The notes under the pieces were generated by a model, which was not told where the DNA came from, did not search any database, and was given only the letters and a program-made list of their open reading frames with translations. A stretch of DNA of 64,000 nucleotides, taken from assembly GCA_963770765.1 (NCBI GenBank), contig CAVYQS010000012.1, positions 144,404 to 208,403 of the forward strand. Reading direction: 5' to 3'. This DNA is from an uncultured Actinomycetes bacterium (lineage in GTDB: Bacteria; Actinomycetota; Coriobacteriia; Anaerosomatales; PHET01). Shown here in pieces: positions 19,221 to 28,244 of the stretch. Positions within the stretch are counted from its first letter, which is position 1, and each line of letters opens with the position of its first letter. The translations under genes were made by a program, and so were the position numbers.

Positions 19221-20426
19221 CTACTTCCACTGAAACGAGCCGCAGCTCGAGGGATCACGCTCGTCCTTGTTCGGGCAGGTGCCCACGTACACACAGTCCT
19301 CGCAGCTCATCGTCGATATCTCAGCGCTCGCCTCGCTTACCTCGTATCCCGGAGGGACCTCAACGGGAGCCACGGGGTCGAGGTCGAGGATGAAGTCCGA
19401 TTCAGGCTCAGAGGTCGGCTCGGGTGCCTCCTCGGCGGTGGGAGGAAGCGGGGCCTCCGTCTCGGATTCGGTCGTCTCCGGCGACCCCGGGGCCGGCTCG
19501 ACGAGCGAGGCTTCCGACTCAGACTCCGCTGAGCTGTCAGCCGCATCATCGGCCACCGAAGGTTCGACGGATGAATCGCTGTACGCTCCCAAGATGACCG
19601 GCCTCGCGGCGGCCATGGTCTCATCGTCCCCGGCAGCCCTCACGAGACCGCCGTCATCGTCTTGCAGACCGGTCTCTTCGAGGGCATCCAGACTCACGAT
19701 GGGAGGTGCCGGCGGCTCCACCATGGCGTCCCAGGGCCACGCGGGCGCTACTGACTGTGACATCGGCTCGGCAGGCTCAGGGTGCTGATCCGGCTCCGGC
19801 CCAAGCTCGGGCTCGGGCTGTGGTTCCGGCTCAGGCTCAAGCTCGGGCTCCGGTTCTGGTTCCGGCTCAGGCTCAGACTCCGGTTCTGGTTCGGGCTGAG
19901 GCTCCGGTTCTGGCTCGGGCTGAGGCTCGGGCTCGGGCTCGGGCTCCGATTCTGGTTCCGGCTCGAGCTCGAGTGCCGCAAGGATCGGCTCGATCTCCTG
20001 CGCGGGACCCTCGACAGACGCCGGTGCGCTCACCCCCTCGGCCTCCATCTGAGCAGCGGTCCTGGCCAGCGCCGCCTTCAGAGCAGCCTCCTCGTCGGCT
20101 GACGTGTCAACGACGGCGGCTGCCCAAGCGGCATCCACCTCGACCACCGGGACCTCGTCGGCCACGGCCACGAAGGTGTCGTCCTCGGCCATATCGGGCT
20201 CCGTGGGCGGGGCGTCGGCCGCCAGCTCCTCGGACGGCCTGACGAGCAGCACAGGCGTCGCGATATCGATGTCGGCGACGAGCACTTCGGCATCCCACGC
20301 CGAGAAGCTGGGTGAAGACGTGATCGCCGACAGCTCCTTGAGCGCATCCTGCCGCGTGGGGAACAGCACTGATGACAGCAGCTCAAGCCGGTCGTCCGGG
20401 TGCTTGCCCAGCAAGAAGAACGACAT
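19221..20426 (-). CDS. Hypothetical acidic Pro/Glu-rich protein with a C-terminal 4-Cys motif
   Basis: 401-aa ORF with RBS GAGGT, an (EP)n tract and C-terminal [21 protein letters not shown]. Confidence 0.8.
   Translation of the reverse strand: MSFFLLGKHPDDRLELLSSVLFPTRQDALKELSAITSSPSFSAWDAEVLVADIDIATPVLLVRPSEELAADAPPTEPDMAEDDTFVAVADEVPVVEVDAAWAAAVVDTSADEEAALKAALARTAAQMEAEGVSAPASVEGPAQEIEPILAALELEPEPESEPEPEPEPQPEPEPEPQPEPEPESEPEPEPEPEPELEPEPEPQPEPELGPEPDQHPEPAEPMSQSVAPAWPWDAMVEPPAPPIVSLDALEETGLQDDDGGLVRAAGDDETMAAARPVILGAYSDSSVEPSVADDAADSSAESESEASLVEPAPGSPETTESETEAPLPPTAEEAPEPTSEPESDFILDLDPVAPVEVPPGYEVSEASAEISTMSCEDCVYVGTCPNKDERDPSSCGSFQWK
19790..19975 (-). repeat. Degenerate 6-bp coding repeat (GAGCCN) encoding (Glu-Pro)n
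   Basis: About 25-30 units of ggctcg/ggctca/ggttct on the + strand. Confidence 0.85.
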
Positions 20427-20547
20427 CGTGGACTACCTCACAGGTCGTCGGCGAAACGTATCGTTGACAGCTCAAGCCGTCTCATCGTAGAGCGGCGCGC
20501 GCCCGTGGGCAACAGCCAATAGGGCACTGGTTCGCTTCGCCTATTCG

Positions 20548-21418
20548 TCACTGTGATTGCGCGCACGCCTCGCGCAGCGCGGCCAGACGCTGCACGTTCA
20601 CAGCATCTTTGTCGGGAATCTCGCCCGGCATCTCAGTGACGACGGGCACAGAGGCCAGCTCCGGAACGCAGACCATCGCCGCGAAGCCCTCGGTTCCGAT
20701 GAACCCGTCACCGATCCACTCGTGCCGATCGCGGTTCGTGCCCGCCTCGTACTTGCAGTCGTTGGCGTGAATCAGCCCCAGCCGGTCGACCCCCACCTCG
20801 ACAGCGATGCTATCGACGGTCTCGCGCCAGCCTTGCTCGGTGTCGACCCGGTAGCCGTACGCCCACCCGTGGCAGGTGTCGAAGCACATCCCCAGTTTGT
20901 CCGAGCCTGAGGCCCGATGCTGCGATGCTCGCGCCGATCTCGGCGAACGTCGAGCCGTATGTCGATCCGGCGCCCGCTGTGTTCTCGAGCAGCAGCCGGG
21001 TGGCACACGCCTCCCCGCCGGCGAGTTCGAACGCGTCGACGATGGCCGCCCCCACCCGAGCTGCCGCCGCCACGCGATCACCGTCGGGCACGTTGCCGAT
21101 GTGGGTCACCACCCCCGCCGCCCCCAATGCCGAACCGCGCGCGAGTTCGTCAGCGAGTGCGGCCACCGACTTCTTGCGAAGCTCCTCGTTGGTGGTCGAG
21201 AGATTGATCAGGTACGCGGTGTGAGTGAAGACCGGCCCGAATCCTCGTTCCTCTCGGAGGGCGCGAAAGGCGGCCATCGCGCCGAGGTTCGGGGCGGCTC
21301 CCCGCCACTGACGCGGGCTCTTGGCGAAGACCTGGATGCACTCACACCCGACGCTGAGGGCGTAGTCGAGCGCCTTGTCATAACCGCCGGCCACCGACAC
21401 GTGGGCGCCAATGAGCAT
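20548..21418 (-). CDS. nfo: Endonuclease IV (frameshift at ~20910, probably an error)
   Basis: IGAHVS, HTAYLINL and LLENTAG, then CFDTCH, IHAND, DRHEWIG and VTE in a second frame. Confidence 0.9.
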
Positions 21419-21490
21419 CGAGGTCCTCTCCCTATCCGTCCGCCGATCTCCGGAGCCATTGTACCTGCGGAAGCGCGCTACACTCGTGCC

Positions 21491-22750
21491 ATGTCGACCG
21501 ATCCCACACATGCATGCGAGAGCGCTCCTTGGACCGGGCGGGCGATCCTGCACGTGGATCTGGACGCCTTCTTCGCGGCAGTCGAACAGCTCGACCACCC
21601 GGAGTACCGCGGCAGGCCTGTCATCGTGGGTGGCGACCCTGCTCGGCGGGGCGTCGTATCGACCTGCAGCTACGAAGCACGGGAGTTCGGTGTGCGCTCG
21701 GCGATGCCGTCAGCGCGCGCCGCACAGCTGTGCCCGCACGCGATCTGGGCCGCTCCCCATTTCGGCCGGTACCGCGAGATGTCGCAGGCGGTCTTCGCGA
21801 TCTTCCGCGATCACACCCCTCACGTGCAGCCGGTCTCGGTCGATGAGGCGTTCCTCGACGTGACCCAGGGGTCGTTCGCCGCCGAGCATCCGGTGGCGAT
21901 CGCTCGGCACATCCGTTCGAAAGTCGCCGAGCTGGGCCTCACTGCTTCGGTTGGCGTGGCGACGTCCAAGACCGTCGCGAAGATCGCCTCGGATCACGAC
22001 AAACCCGACGGGCTGACGATCGTATGCCCCGGAAACGAGGCCGAGTTCCTCGCTCCGTTGCCGGTGCGCGATATGAGCGGTATCGGCCCCAAGACCGCCG
22101 AGAGGCTCTCGACGTTGGGGGTCCGCACCCTCGGTGCGCTCGCCGCGTTGGACGAATCGACCGCGCGCGAGATCCTGGGGAGCCACGGGCCCGGCCTCGT
22201 GCTCCGCGCACGCGGCATCGACGAGCGGTCGGTGCGCGACAACGACCCGGTGAAGTCTGTGTCGAACGAGAGAACGTTCGCAACCGATGTCCGCCTCCCG
22301 AAAGAGGTCCACGGCGCACTCGACACGCTCGCCGCGAAGGTCGGCCGACGGCTGCGTCGCAAGGAGCTGGCGGGAAGGACGGTCACCGTCAAACTGCGCT
22401 TCTCGGACTTCACCACCAAGACCGTCCGCCGGACGCTTGAGTGCGCGACCGACGACGAACTGGTCTTCGGGGCGGTCGCTCGCCAGCTGCTCGGTGAGGC
22501 CTGGTCTCCCGGAATCGGACTGCGGCTGCTCGGCGTGGGTGTCTCCGGGTTCGAGGAGCGCGCCATCCAGCTCGGCTTGCTCGGCTCGGCCGAAGATGAT
22601 CCGGAGTCGGAGTCCACGGGCTCCCCACGCTCTCGTGAGGGACTTGTTCGTGGAATCGACGCCGTTCGCGAGCGCTTCGGAGACGACGCGGTCACCTTCG
22701 GTCGCGACCTTCGGGCCCGGCGCGACACCGGCACGCCCAAGCGAGACTAG
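21491..22750 (+). CDS. dinB: DNA polymerase IV (Y family), catalytic motifs intact
   Basis: HVDLDAFFAAVEQ, SYEAR, SVDEAFLD and AKIASD..KPDG. Confidence 0.95.
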   Translation: MSTDPTHACESAPWTGRAILHVDLDAFFAAVEQLDHPEYRGRPVIVGGDPARRGVVSTCSYEAREFGVRSAMPSARAAQLCPHAIWAAPHFGRYREMSQAVFAIFRDHTPHVQPVSVDEAFLDVTQGSFAAEHPVAIARHIRSKVAELGLTASVGVATSKTVAKIASDHDKPDGLTIVCPGNEAEFLAPLPVRDMSGIGPKTAERLSTLGVRTLGALAALDESTAREILGSHGPGLVLRARGIDERSVRDNDPVKSVSNERTFATDVRLPKEVHGALDTLAAKVGRRLRRKELAGRTVTVKLRFSDFTTKTVRRTLECATDDELVFGAVARQLLGEAWSPGIGLRLLGVGVSGFEERAIQLGLLGSAEDDPESESTGSPRSREGLVRGIDAVRERFGDDAVTFGRDLRARRDTGTPKRD

Positions 22751-25700
22751 CCTCCCCTTGTCCCCCAGCTCGCACGTTCCTCGGCGGCATAGGCCTGTGC
22801 AGCCGCCCAGCTCTCCTCTTCGGGTGCCCCCGCCCCGCCAAGCATCGGTCCCATCGGCCCGCTCGGAACACCCCGCCGCAACCTCACCGGAACACCCGAG
22901 GTGGTTCGCACGACATACGGCTGTACGTCATTGGCGACGATCGCAAGCCCTCGTTCACAGTTGTTCTGCAGCGTGCCATCGATGAGATAGGAGCGGTGCT
23001 TCACGATCACGTCACCCACCCGTGAGAGCGTGTCCGAGAAGACCACCACGTCGAGCAGGCCGGTGGGATCTTCGAGGGTGAGAAAGCACGTTCGCTTCCC
23101 CGAGCGGGTCCTCGGTGTCTGGGCGCGCTCGCGAACCCCGCACACACGCACCTTCGCGCGGTCCGGAAGCTCACGCAGATCACGGGCCCACGTGACCCCC
23201 CGGGCCTCGAGGTCGCCGGCGGCAAGAGCGAGCGGGTGGTCGGTGAGCGACAGCCCCACCAGCTCGAGCTCCGCGGAGAGCCGTCGCGCGGGCCCCCAAC
23301 CGCTGACATGACCGGGGTCCTCGGCCGGGCGTACCGGTGCGGGCGCCAGGCAGAGCACATCATCACCGGCGCTTCCCTCGCGAGCAAGGACCGCCTTGAC
23401 CTCGGGAAGCAACGCGAGAAGCTCGTCGCGTGTGGGGGGGCGCCCGGCCTCGGTGATTCCGAGCCCGTCGAGCGCACCGATGCGGATGAGGGACTCGGCG
23501 GCCGACAGTTCCGCCCTCGTTCGACGCAGGAAATCGGTGAGATCGCGAAAAGGCCTCACCGCGCGTTCGCGCGGCACCATATCGAGCAGGCGCGACGTCA
23601 TCTCGTGAACATCCTTCAGGCCCACCCTGATCGCGGCACCTTGCTGCTCGACGGTATACCGCGCCTCGCTCGCATTGATGTGCGGCGGGAGGATGCCGAT
23701 ACCGTGGCGACGGGCGTCGTTGACGATGAGACGTGGCGTATAGAACCCCATGGGCTCGTTGTTGAGGATCGCCGTCGCGAACTCAGCCGGATAGTACGTG
23801 CGCAACCACGCGCTCGCATAACTCACCACCGCGAAACAAGCAGCATGGGCCTTGTTGAAACCGTAGGCCGCAAAACCCTCGAGCTGCCGGAAGACCTCGG
23901 CCGCGACCTCGGAGTCGACTCCCCTGGCAAGTGCCCGCTCCAAGAAGTGGCCACGGATGCGCTCCATCTCCTCCCGGCTGCGCCCTTTGGTCATCGCCCG
24001 CCTGAGCGAGTCCGCCTCGGCAAGATCGAAACCGGCAACGGCGCGCGCGACCAACAAGACCTGCTCCTGGTAGACGATCACGCCATAGGAATCCGCAAGG
24101 CACTCGCGCATAGCTTCGTGCGGCACGGTGACCGGCTCGAGACCGTGGCGACGCCTGATGAAGGGGGTGATCATCTCGGCTTCGAGCGGACCGGGACGGA
24201 AGAGTGATATCTGGGCGATGATGTCTTCGAACCGGTTTGACTTAAGGCGCGTGGAGAGGTTGCGCTGGCCGCTGCTCTCGAGCTGGAACATCCCCACGGT
24301 GTCCGCCGCCGAGATCTGCTCGTAGACCCGCGGGTCGTCCGGGGAAAGTCCGAACGGTTCGGGTACTGCAGCCTCGCCGACCCGCGCTCGTGCGAGATCG
24401 ACGGCCTCGCTGATCGCCGAGTGCATCCTGAGCCCCAAGATGTCCATCTTCACCAGTCCGAGGGCCTCGATATCGTCTTTGTCGTACTGGGAGACGACCG
24501 TACCCTTGGCCGCCCACTGCAGCGGCGTCCAGCTTGCGACCGGTTCGCGGGTGATGATGAATCCACCGAGGTGTGTCCCGAGATGGGTGGGCGTGTGATC
24601 GAACTGCTCGGCGATCTCAAGGACACCCGCGTAGCGCGGGTCGTGCAGCGGGTGGTCCCGGCATTCGGGGTACTCGGAAAGCACCTCGCGGATCTTATGC
24701 GCGCTCACCCACGGCAGGTGGCGCGAAAGGGAGTTGACCTCTGCGATCGGCAGCCCGAAGGCGCGTGCGGCGATGCGCACCGCATTTCGGGCGGTGGTGG
24801 TCTGGATGGTGGCGACCATCGCGACGTGTTCGTGGCCGAACCGGCCGTAGATGAAGTCGATGATCTCGTCTCGGCGAGCCGAGTCGAAGTCCACGTCGAT
24901 GTCGGGCATCTGGCGGCGCTCGGGATTGAGGAACCGCTCGAACAGCAGATCGTGGCGGACCGGATCCGCATCGGTGATGCCCAGCGCGTAGCTCACGATG
25001 CTGTCGCCGGCACTACCCCGACCCGAACAGCGGATGCCCTGACTCTTGGCGAAGTCAACGATCTCCTTGACCACCAGGAAATATTCGGGAAAACCCATCT
25101 GCTCGATGAGTGCCAGCTCATGCTGCAGACGACGGATCGCCTCGGGTGTCATGGGGGCATAGCGCCGCTCGAGCCCCCGCCACGACTCCTTGGCAAGCGC
25201 CGAGTAGGACGTCTCGCCCGCCGGGATATCGGCGCCCGGGAAGTGGAACTGCCCGAGCGGGAGTTCGAACTCCGCACAGCGAGCTGCGATCTCGAGCGTC
25301 GCATCGCAGGCGCGCTCGACACCACAGAACAACTGCCGCATCGCTGCACCGGGCTTGAGCCACAGTTCCGCATTGGGCCGGTCGTGGGGCCCGGGCAACG
25401 TCATGCACGCACCGGTCGATGCAAGCACGTCGTGGATGCGGTGATCTTTGGCGCGCAGGTAATGGACGTTGTTGGTGGCGACGACCGGCAGATGCAGGTC
25501 CTGAGCTGCCGAGACGAGCCCACTGACCAACCGCGGCGCCTCAACGGTCATGGGATGCACAAGCTCGACGTAGAAGGCCTCCTGCTCGAAACAGCGCGCA
25601 AGCCGCCTCAGCGCCGAGCGGGCACGACCCGGTTTGGCGGACCCGACCGCCCGGGCAGCTTCGCCGTTGCCGCACCCTGAAAGTCCGATCAGCCCCTGTG

Positions 25701-26139
25701 AGAACTGCTCCAGGTCGCGAAGCCGGACGATGCTGGGTAGGTCGGGACCACGCAGATGGGTGCGGGACAGCAGCCGGCACAGGTTGCGGTAGCCTTCGAA
25801 ATCTCGAGCGAGCAACGTGAGGTGGAACCCCGCACCCGATGCCCGCCCGAAACCCGCGGCAGGCGGCAGCTCCAAGCGGGCATCGACCGGGAGGTCGGTT
25901 TCCTCACCGCACAGCCCGGCGGTCTCGACCACCACCTCGCAACCGATGATGGGGGCTATCCCCTCTTTGCGGCAGGCCTTGTAGAACCGGATCGCGCCCG
26001 AAAGCCCTTGGTGATCAGTGAGTGCGATAGCGGGCATCTCGAGTTCTGCCGCTCGCGTCACAAGCGCGTCGAGCGGGCAGGCCCCGTCCATGAAGCTGAA
26101 GTTCGAGTGGGTATGCAGATGCACGAATCCGGCTGACAT
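22747..26139 (-). CDS. dnaE2: Error-prone DNA polymerase III alpha subunit (DnaE2/ImuC)
   Basis: PHP HLHTHS, RGSAGDS, MPDIDVDF, THLGGF, QYDKDDIEALGLVKMDILGLRM, short OB-fold C-terminus; LexA box upstream. Confidence 0.88.
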   Translation of the reverse strand: MSAGFVHLHTHSNFSFMDGACPLDALVTRAAELEMPAIALTDHQGLSGAIRFYKACRKEGIAPIIGCEVVVETAGLCGEETDLPVDARLELPPAAGFGRASGAGFHLTLLARDFEGYRNLCRLLSRTHLRGPDLPSIVRLRDLEQFSQGLIGLSGCGNGEAARAVGSAKPGRARSALRRLARCFEQEAFYVELVHPMTVEAPRLVSGLVSAAQDLHLPVVATNNVHYLRAKDHRIHDVLASTGACMTLPGPHDRPNAELWLKPGAAMRQLFCGVERACDATLEIAARCAEFELPLGQFHFPGADIPAGETSYSALAKESWRGLERRYAPMTPEAIRRLQHELALIEQMGFPEYFLVVKEIVDFAKSQGIRCSGRGSAGDSIVSYALGITDADPVRHDLLFERFLNPERRQMPDIDVDFDSARRDEIIDFIYGRFGHEHVAMVATIQTTTARNAVRIAARAFGLPIAEVNSLSRHLPWVSAHKIREVLSEYPECRDHPLHDPRYAGVLEIAEQFDHTPTHLGTHLGGFIITREPVASWTPLQWAAKGTVVSQYDKDDIEALGLVKMDILGLRMHSAISEAVDLARARVGEAAVPEPFGLSPDDPRVYEQISAADTVGMFQLESSGQRNLSTRLKSNRFEDIIAQISLFRPGPLEAEMITPFIRRRHGLEPVTVPHEAMRECLADSYGVIVYQEQVLLVARAVAGFDLAEADSLRRAMTKGRSREEMERIRGHFLERALARGVDSEVAAEVFRQLEGFAAYGFNKAHAACFAVVSYASAWLRTYYPAEFATAILNNEPMGFYTPRLIVNDARRHGIGILPPHINASEARYTVEQQGAAIRVGLKDVHEMTSRLLDMVPRERAVRPFRDLTDFLRRTRAELSAAESLIRIGALDGLGITEAGRPPTRDELLALLPEVKAVLAREGSAGDDVLCLAPAPVRPAEDPGHVSGWGPARRLSAELELVGLSLTDHPLALAAGDLEARGVTWARDLRELPDRAKVRVCGVRERAQTPRTRSGKRTCFLTLEDPTGLLDVVVFSDTLSRVGDVIVKHRSYLIDGTLQNNCERGLAIVANDVQPYVVRTTSGVPVRLRRGVPSGPMGPMLGGAGAPEEESWAAAQAYAAEERASWGTRGG

Positions 26140-26152
26140 GATCTGCTCGCGC

Positions 26153-26569
26153 CTAGTCTTGGATGCCGACGAGCAGCCACACGCCGTCGGCGCGATCGAA
26201 AGCGAGATCGTAGATTCCCCCACGCGCGAGCACGCGGAAGAATCGGCGAGCTATGCGTGTGCGCGGGTCCCACCAGCTCTTCTCGGTGGCCCAGACCTGG
26301 ATGATGGCGTCCACCCGGTAGCGTTTGGGGCCCCTCACGAACGCCGAGGGGCACTGACGCCGCGCGTCCCACTCCACCGCTACCGGCTCGTTGGTGCGCC
26401 GCGCGACGGAAGCGCCGTCCTTGCGCAGGATCTCGGAAGCCCGGACGATCCAGGGGCTCTTGAGCAGCTCGATGATGACCGGAAGCCGCGCCCGCCTGGT
26501 CTCGAAAAGCTCCATGGGCTGCCCTGTCGGAGTCGAGTCATAGTGCTTTATCGCCGAGTTGCGGCCCAC
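26153..26569 (-). CDS. DUF6504-like small protein co-transcribed with dnaE2
   Basis: 'P.AF...RYRV..I...W.....WW......R.FFRV.....YDL.FD.....W.L....D' pattern; GGGAGG RBS before GTG 26569. Family assignment from memory. Confidence 0.7.
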   Translation of the reverse strand: MGRNSAIKHYDSTPTGQPMELFETRRARLPVIIELLKSPWIVRASEILRKDGASVARRTNEPVAVEWDARRQCPSAFVRGPKRYRVDAIIQVWATEKSWWDPRTRIARRFFRVLARGGIYDLAFDRADGVWLLVGIQD

Positions 26570-26634
26570 GGTCACCTCCCACATCCTGTGCGTCTTCCTG
26601 CCACCTTGCGCGACCCGATGGGCGCGCTTCTACT

Positions 26635-26654
26635 ATACGAACATATGTTCGTAT
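26635..26654. promoter_or_regulatory. LexA (Cheo/SOS) box within the DUF6504-dnaE2 promoter
   Basis: Perfect palindrome ATACGAACATATGTTCGTAT (CGAAC-N4-GTTCG) filling the spacer of a minus-strand TTGCCG-17-TATAGT promoter. Confidence 0.92.
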
Positions 26655-26715
26655 CGGCAAGCAGACTCATCGTAGTGAGGGGGTCTGACAAACGGGAGGA
26701 GCGCGGTTCTACGCG

Positions 26716-27369
26716 CTACGCAGGACGAACGTCACCCACGGTCACGAATCGCGCGACATCGCGTCCGAGCGCTCGCGTCGCTCCGGCGACCTCCACGGTC
26801 AGCGGCCCGTCGAACGGCTCCGCTGCAGCAACGCGCACGACCGCGCCGGGCTTGAGCCCGATGGTGCCCAGGTAACCGAGCACCTCCTCGTCCTCGGCGA
26901 CACGCAGGACCCGTGCCGAGAAGCCCGGCTCGACGCTGTCGAGCGACTCCCCGATCGCCACAGAGACCGAACCGTCCGCTGCGGGGATGGGGTGACCATG
27001 CGGACACACGGTGGGATCACCGAGATAGCGCTCGAGGGCCTCGAGCACCCGCGGGGACATCGCGTGCTCGAGCAGACAGGCATCTTCGTGAGCGGCTTCC
27101 CAATCCAAGCCCAACACATCGACCAAGAAGCGCTCGGCGATCCGGTGCTTTCGCACGACCTCCACGGAGCGCGCCTCCCCCTCGGCGGTCAGGACGACCC
27201 CGGTGCCATCGCGGCTGATCAGGCCGTGGGACTCGAGGCGCTTGAGCGTCGCTGTGACGGTGGGACCCGAAACGCCCATGAAATCGGCGATCTGGGTGGG
27301 TCGAACGACGCCCGCGCCGGAGAGCTTGTAGATGGTCTCGAGGTACTCCTCGAGGGTGGTCGTGGGCAT
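26716..27369 (-). CDS. DtxR/MntR-family metal-dependent repressor with FeoA domain
   Basis: EEYLETIY, wHTH, RKHRIAERFL, HEDACLLEH, CPHGHPIP and C-terminal FeoA domain. Confidence 0.93.
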   Translation of the reverse strand: MPTTTLEEYLETIYKLSGAGVVRPTQIADFMGVSGPTVTATLKRLESHGLISRDGTGVVLTAEGEARSVEVVRKHRIAERFLVDVLGLDWEAAHEDACLLEHAMSPRVLEALERYLGDPTVCPHGHPIPAADGSVSVAIGESLDSVEPGFSARVLRVAEDEEVLGYLGTIGLKPGAVVRVAAAEPFDGPLTVEVAGATRALGRDVARFVTVGDVRPA

Positions 27370-27478
27370 CCGCCATATCCTTCTCGCAGGGGGAAGTCAG
27401 GGTGCACCGCACACGATAACACTGCAACGAACCCGCCACGGAACCAGCCCCGACCGCTTGGTAGCATAGAATCCGCTC

Positions 27479-27498
27479 AACGGTAGTCAACTACCGTT
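27479..27498. promoter_or_regulatory. 9-2-9 perfect inverted repeat over the -35 of the regulator's promoter (putative operator)
   Basis: AACGGTAGT-CA-ACTACCGTT; minus strand TTGACT-16-TATGCT. Confidence 0.6.
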
Positions 27499-27552
27499 CA
27501 AAAACCCAGAGCTACCTTTCAGCAGGAATCCGCGCAATTCCTCCAAAACGCG

Positions 27553-27581
27553 TTGACACACCGATACGTGAAGGGTAGATT
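27553..27581 (+). promoter_or_regulatory. Sigma70-type promoter of an orphan ncRNA
   Basis: TTGACA-17 bp-TAGATT. Confidence 0.8.
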
Positions 27582-27587
27582 CCTTTT

Positions 27588-27788
27588 GTCCCCAGAAGTC
27601 GGACGCAGCGAGACTCCGGAAAGACGGTCACCAGTAGCCGCCGGAGAGGGTACCGAGAAGCGAAGCAGGCCGCGAGGTGGCTAAGCGATCCGGGAGCCTC
27701 GAAGGAGGGAAACCCGAAAGGGACGCCGCGCAAGTGGCGAGGGAGCCGGTTGTTTATGGAGAGCCTTGCGGGCGAGGTTTCTGGGGAC
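27588..27788 (+). ncRNA. Unidentified ~200-nt structured non-coding RNA
   Basis: 5' GUCCCCAGAAG pairs with 3' UUUCUGGGGAC; several internal tetraloop hairpins; own promoter and terminator; no credible ORF. Confidence 0.75.
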
Positions 27789-27794
27789 ACCTCT

Positions 27795-27827
27795 ATGCCC
27801 AGACAGATGACGTCTGGGCATCTTCGT
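27795..27827 (+). terminator. Terminator hairpin after the ncRNA, convergent with queD
   Basis: ATGCCCAGAC-agatgac-GTCTGGGCAT then CTTCGT. Confidence 0.7.
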
Positions 27828-27860
27828 GTCGTGGCCTCCTGAACCCGTTCCCGCCGAAAC

Positions 27861-28232
27861 CTACGGCCGGTACGCCAGCTTCGCGATCGGCGACTCCCAC
27901 ACGACGACCTCACTGACCCGGACGCGCGGATCGACGATCTGCTGCAACCGGTCACAGATCACCCGCGCGAGGTTCTCGGCGGTGGGGCTCACAGAGTCGA
28001 ACGGCTCGACCTCGTTGATGAGCACGTGGTCGTAGCGCTCCAAGACCGCGGCCAGGTCCGCCTTGAGCGCCTTGAAGTCGTAGACGATCCCGATCTCGTC
28101 GAGGTGGCTCCCCGCGACAGTCACCTCGACGTCCCACGTGTGCCCGTGCAGGTTGCGGCATTCACCCGGATAGCCGTACAGGTGATGCGCAGCGTCGAAG
28201 TGACCCTTGACGGTGAGTTCGTAGGTTCCCAT
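27861..28232 (-). CDS. queD: 6-carboxy-5,6,7,8-tetrahydropterin synthase
   Basis: FDAAH, CRNLHGH, DH..IN, PTAENLA and WES motifs. Confidence 0.93.
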   Translation of the reverse strand: MGTYELTVKGHFDAAHHLYGYPGECRNLHGHTWDVEVTVAGSHLDEIGIVYDFKALKADLAAVLERYDHVLINEVEPFDSVSPTAENLARVICDRLQQIVDPRVRVSEVVVWESPIAKLAYRP

Positions 28233-28244
28233 CGGTGACGCCTC

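Noticed and set aside
19790-19975. Possible CRISPR array or non-coding tandem repeat
   Set aside because: It is a 6-bp-period in-frame repeat encoding Glu-Pro, with no spacers and no cas genes.
27588-27788. Assigning the orphan RNA to SRP, tmRNA, a second RNase P RNA, a T-box or a riboswitch
   Set aside because: It lacks the SRP CAGG-GNRA-AGCA helix, tRNA-like ends, RNase P CR-I/CR-V and the T-box UGGNACC motif, and has no downstream gene in cis. It is left unassigned.
27677-27916. 79-aa + ORF and 147-aa - ORF (27512-27955) across the ncRNA
   Set aside because: No recognisable domain or clear RBS. Both run through the terminator and overlap queD.
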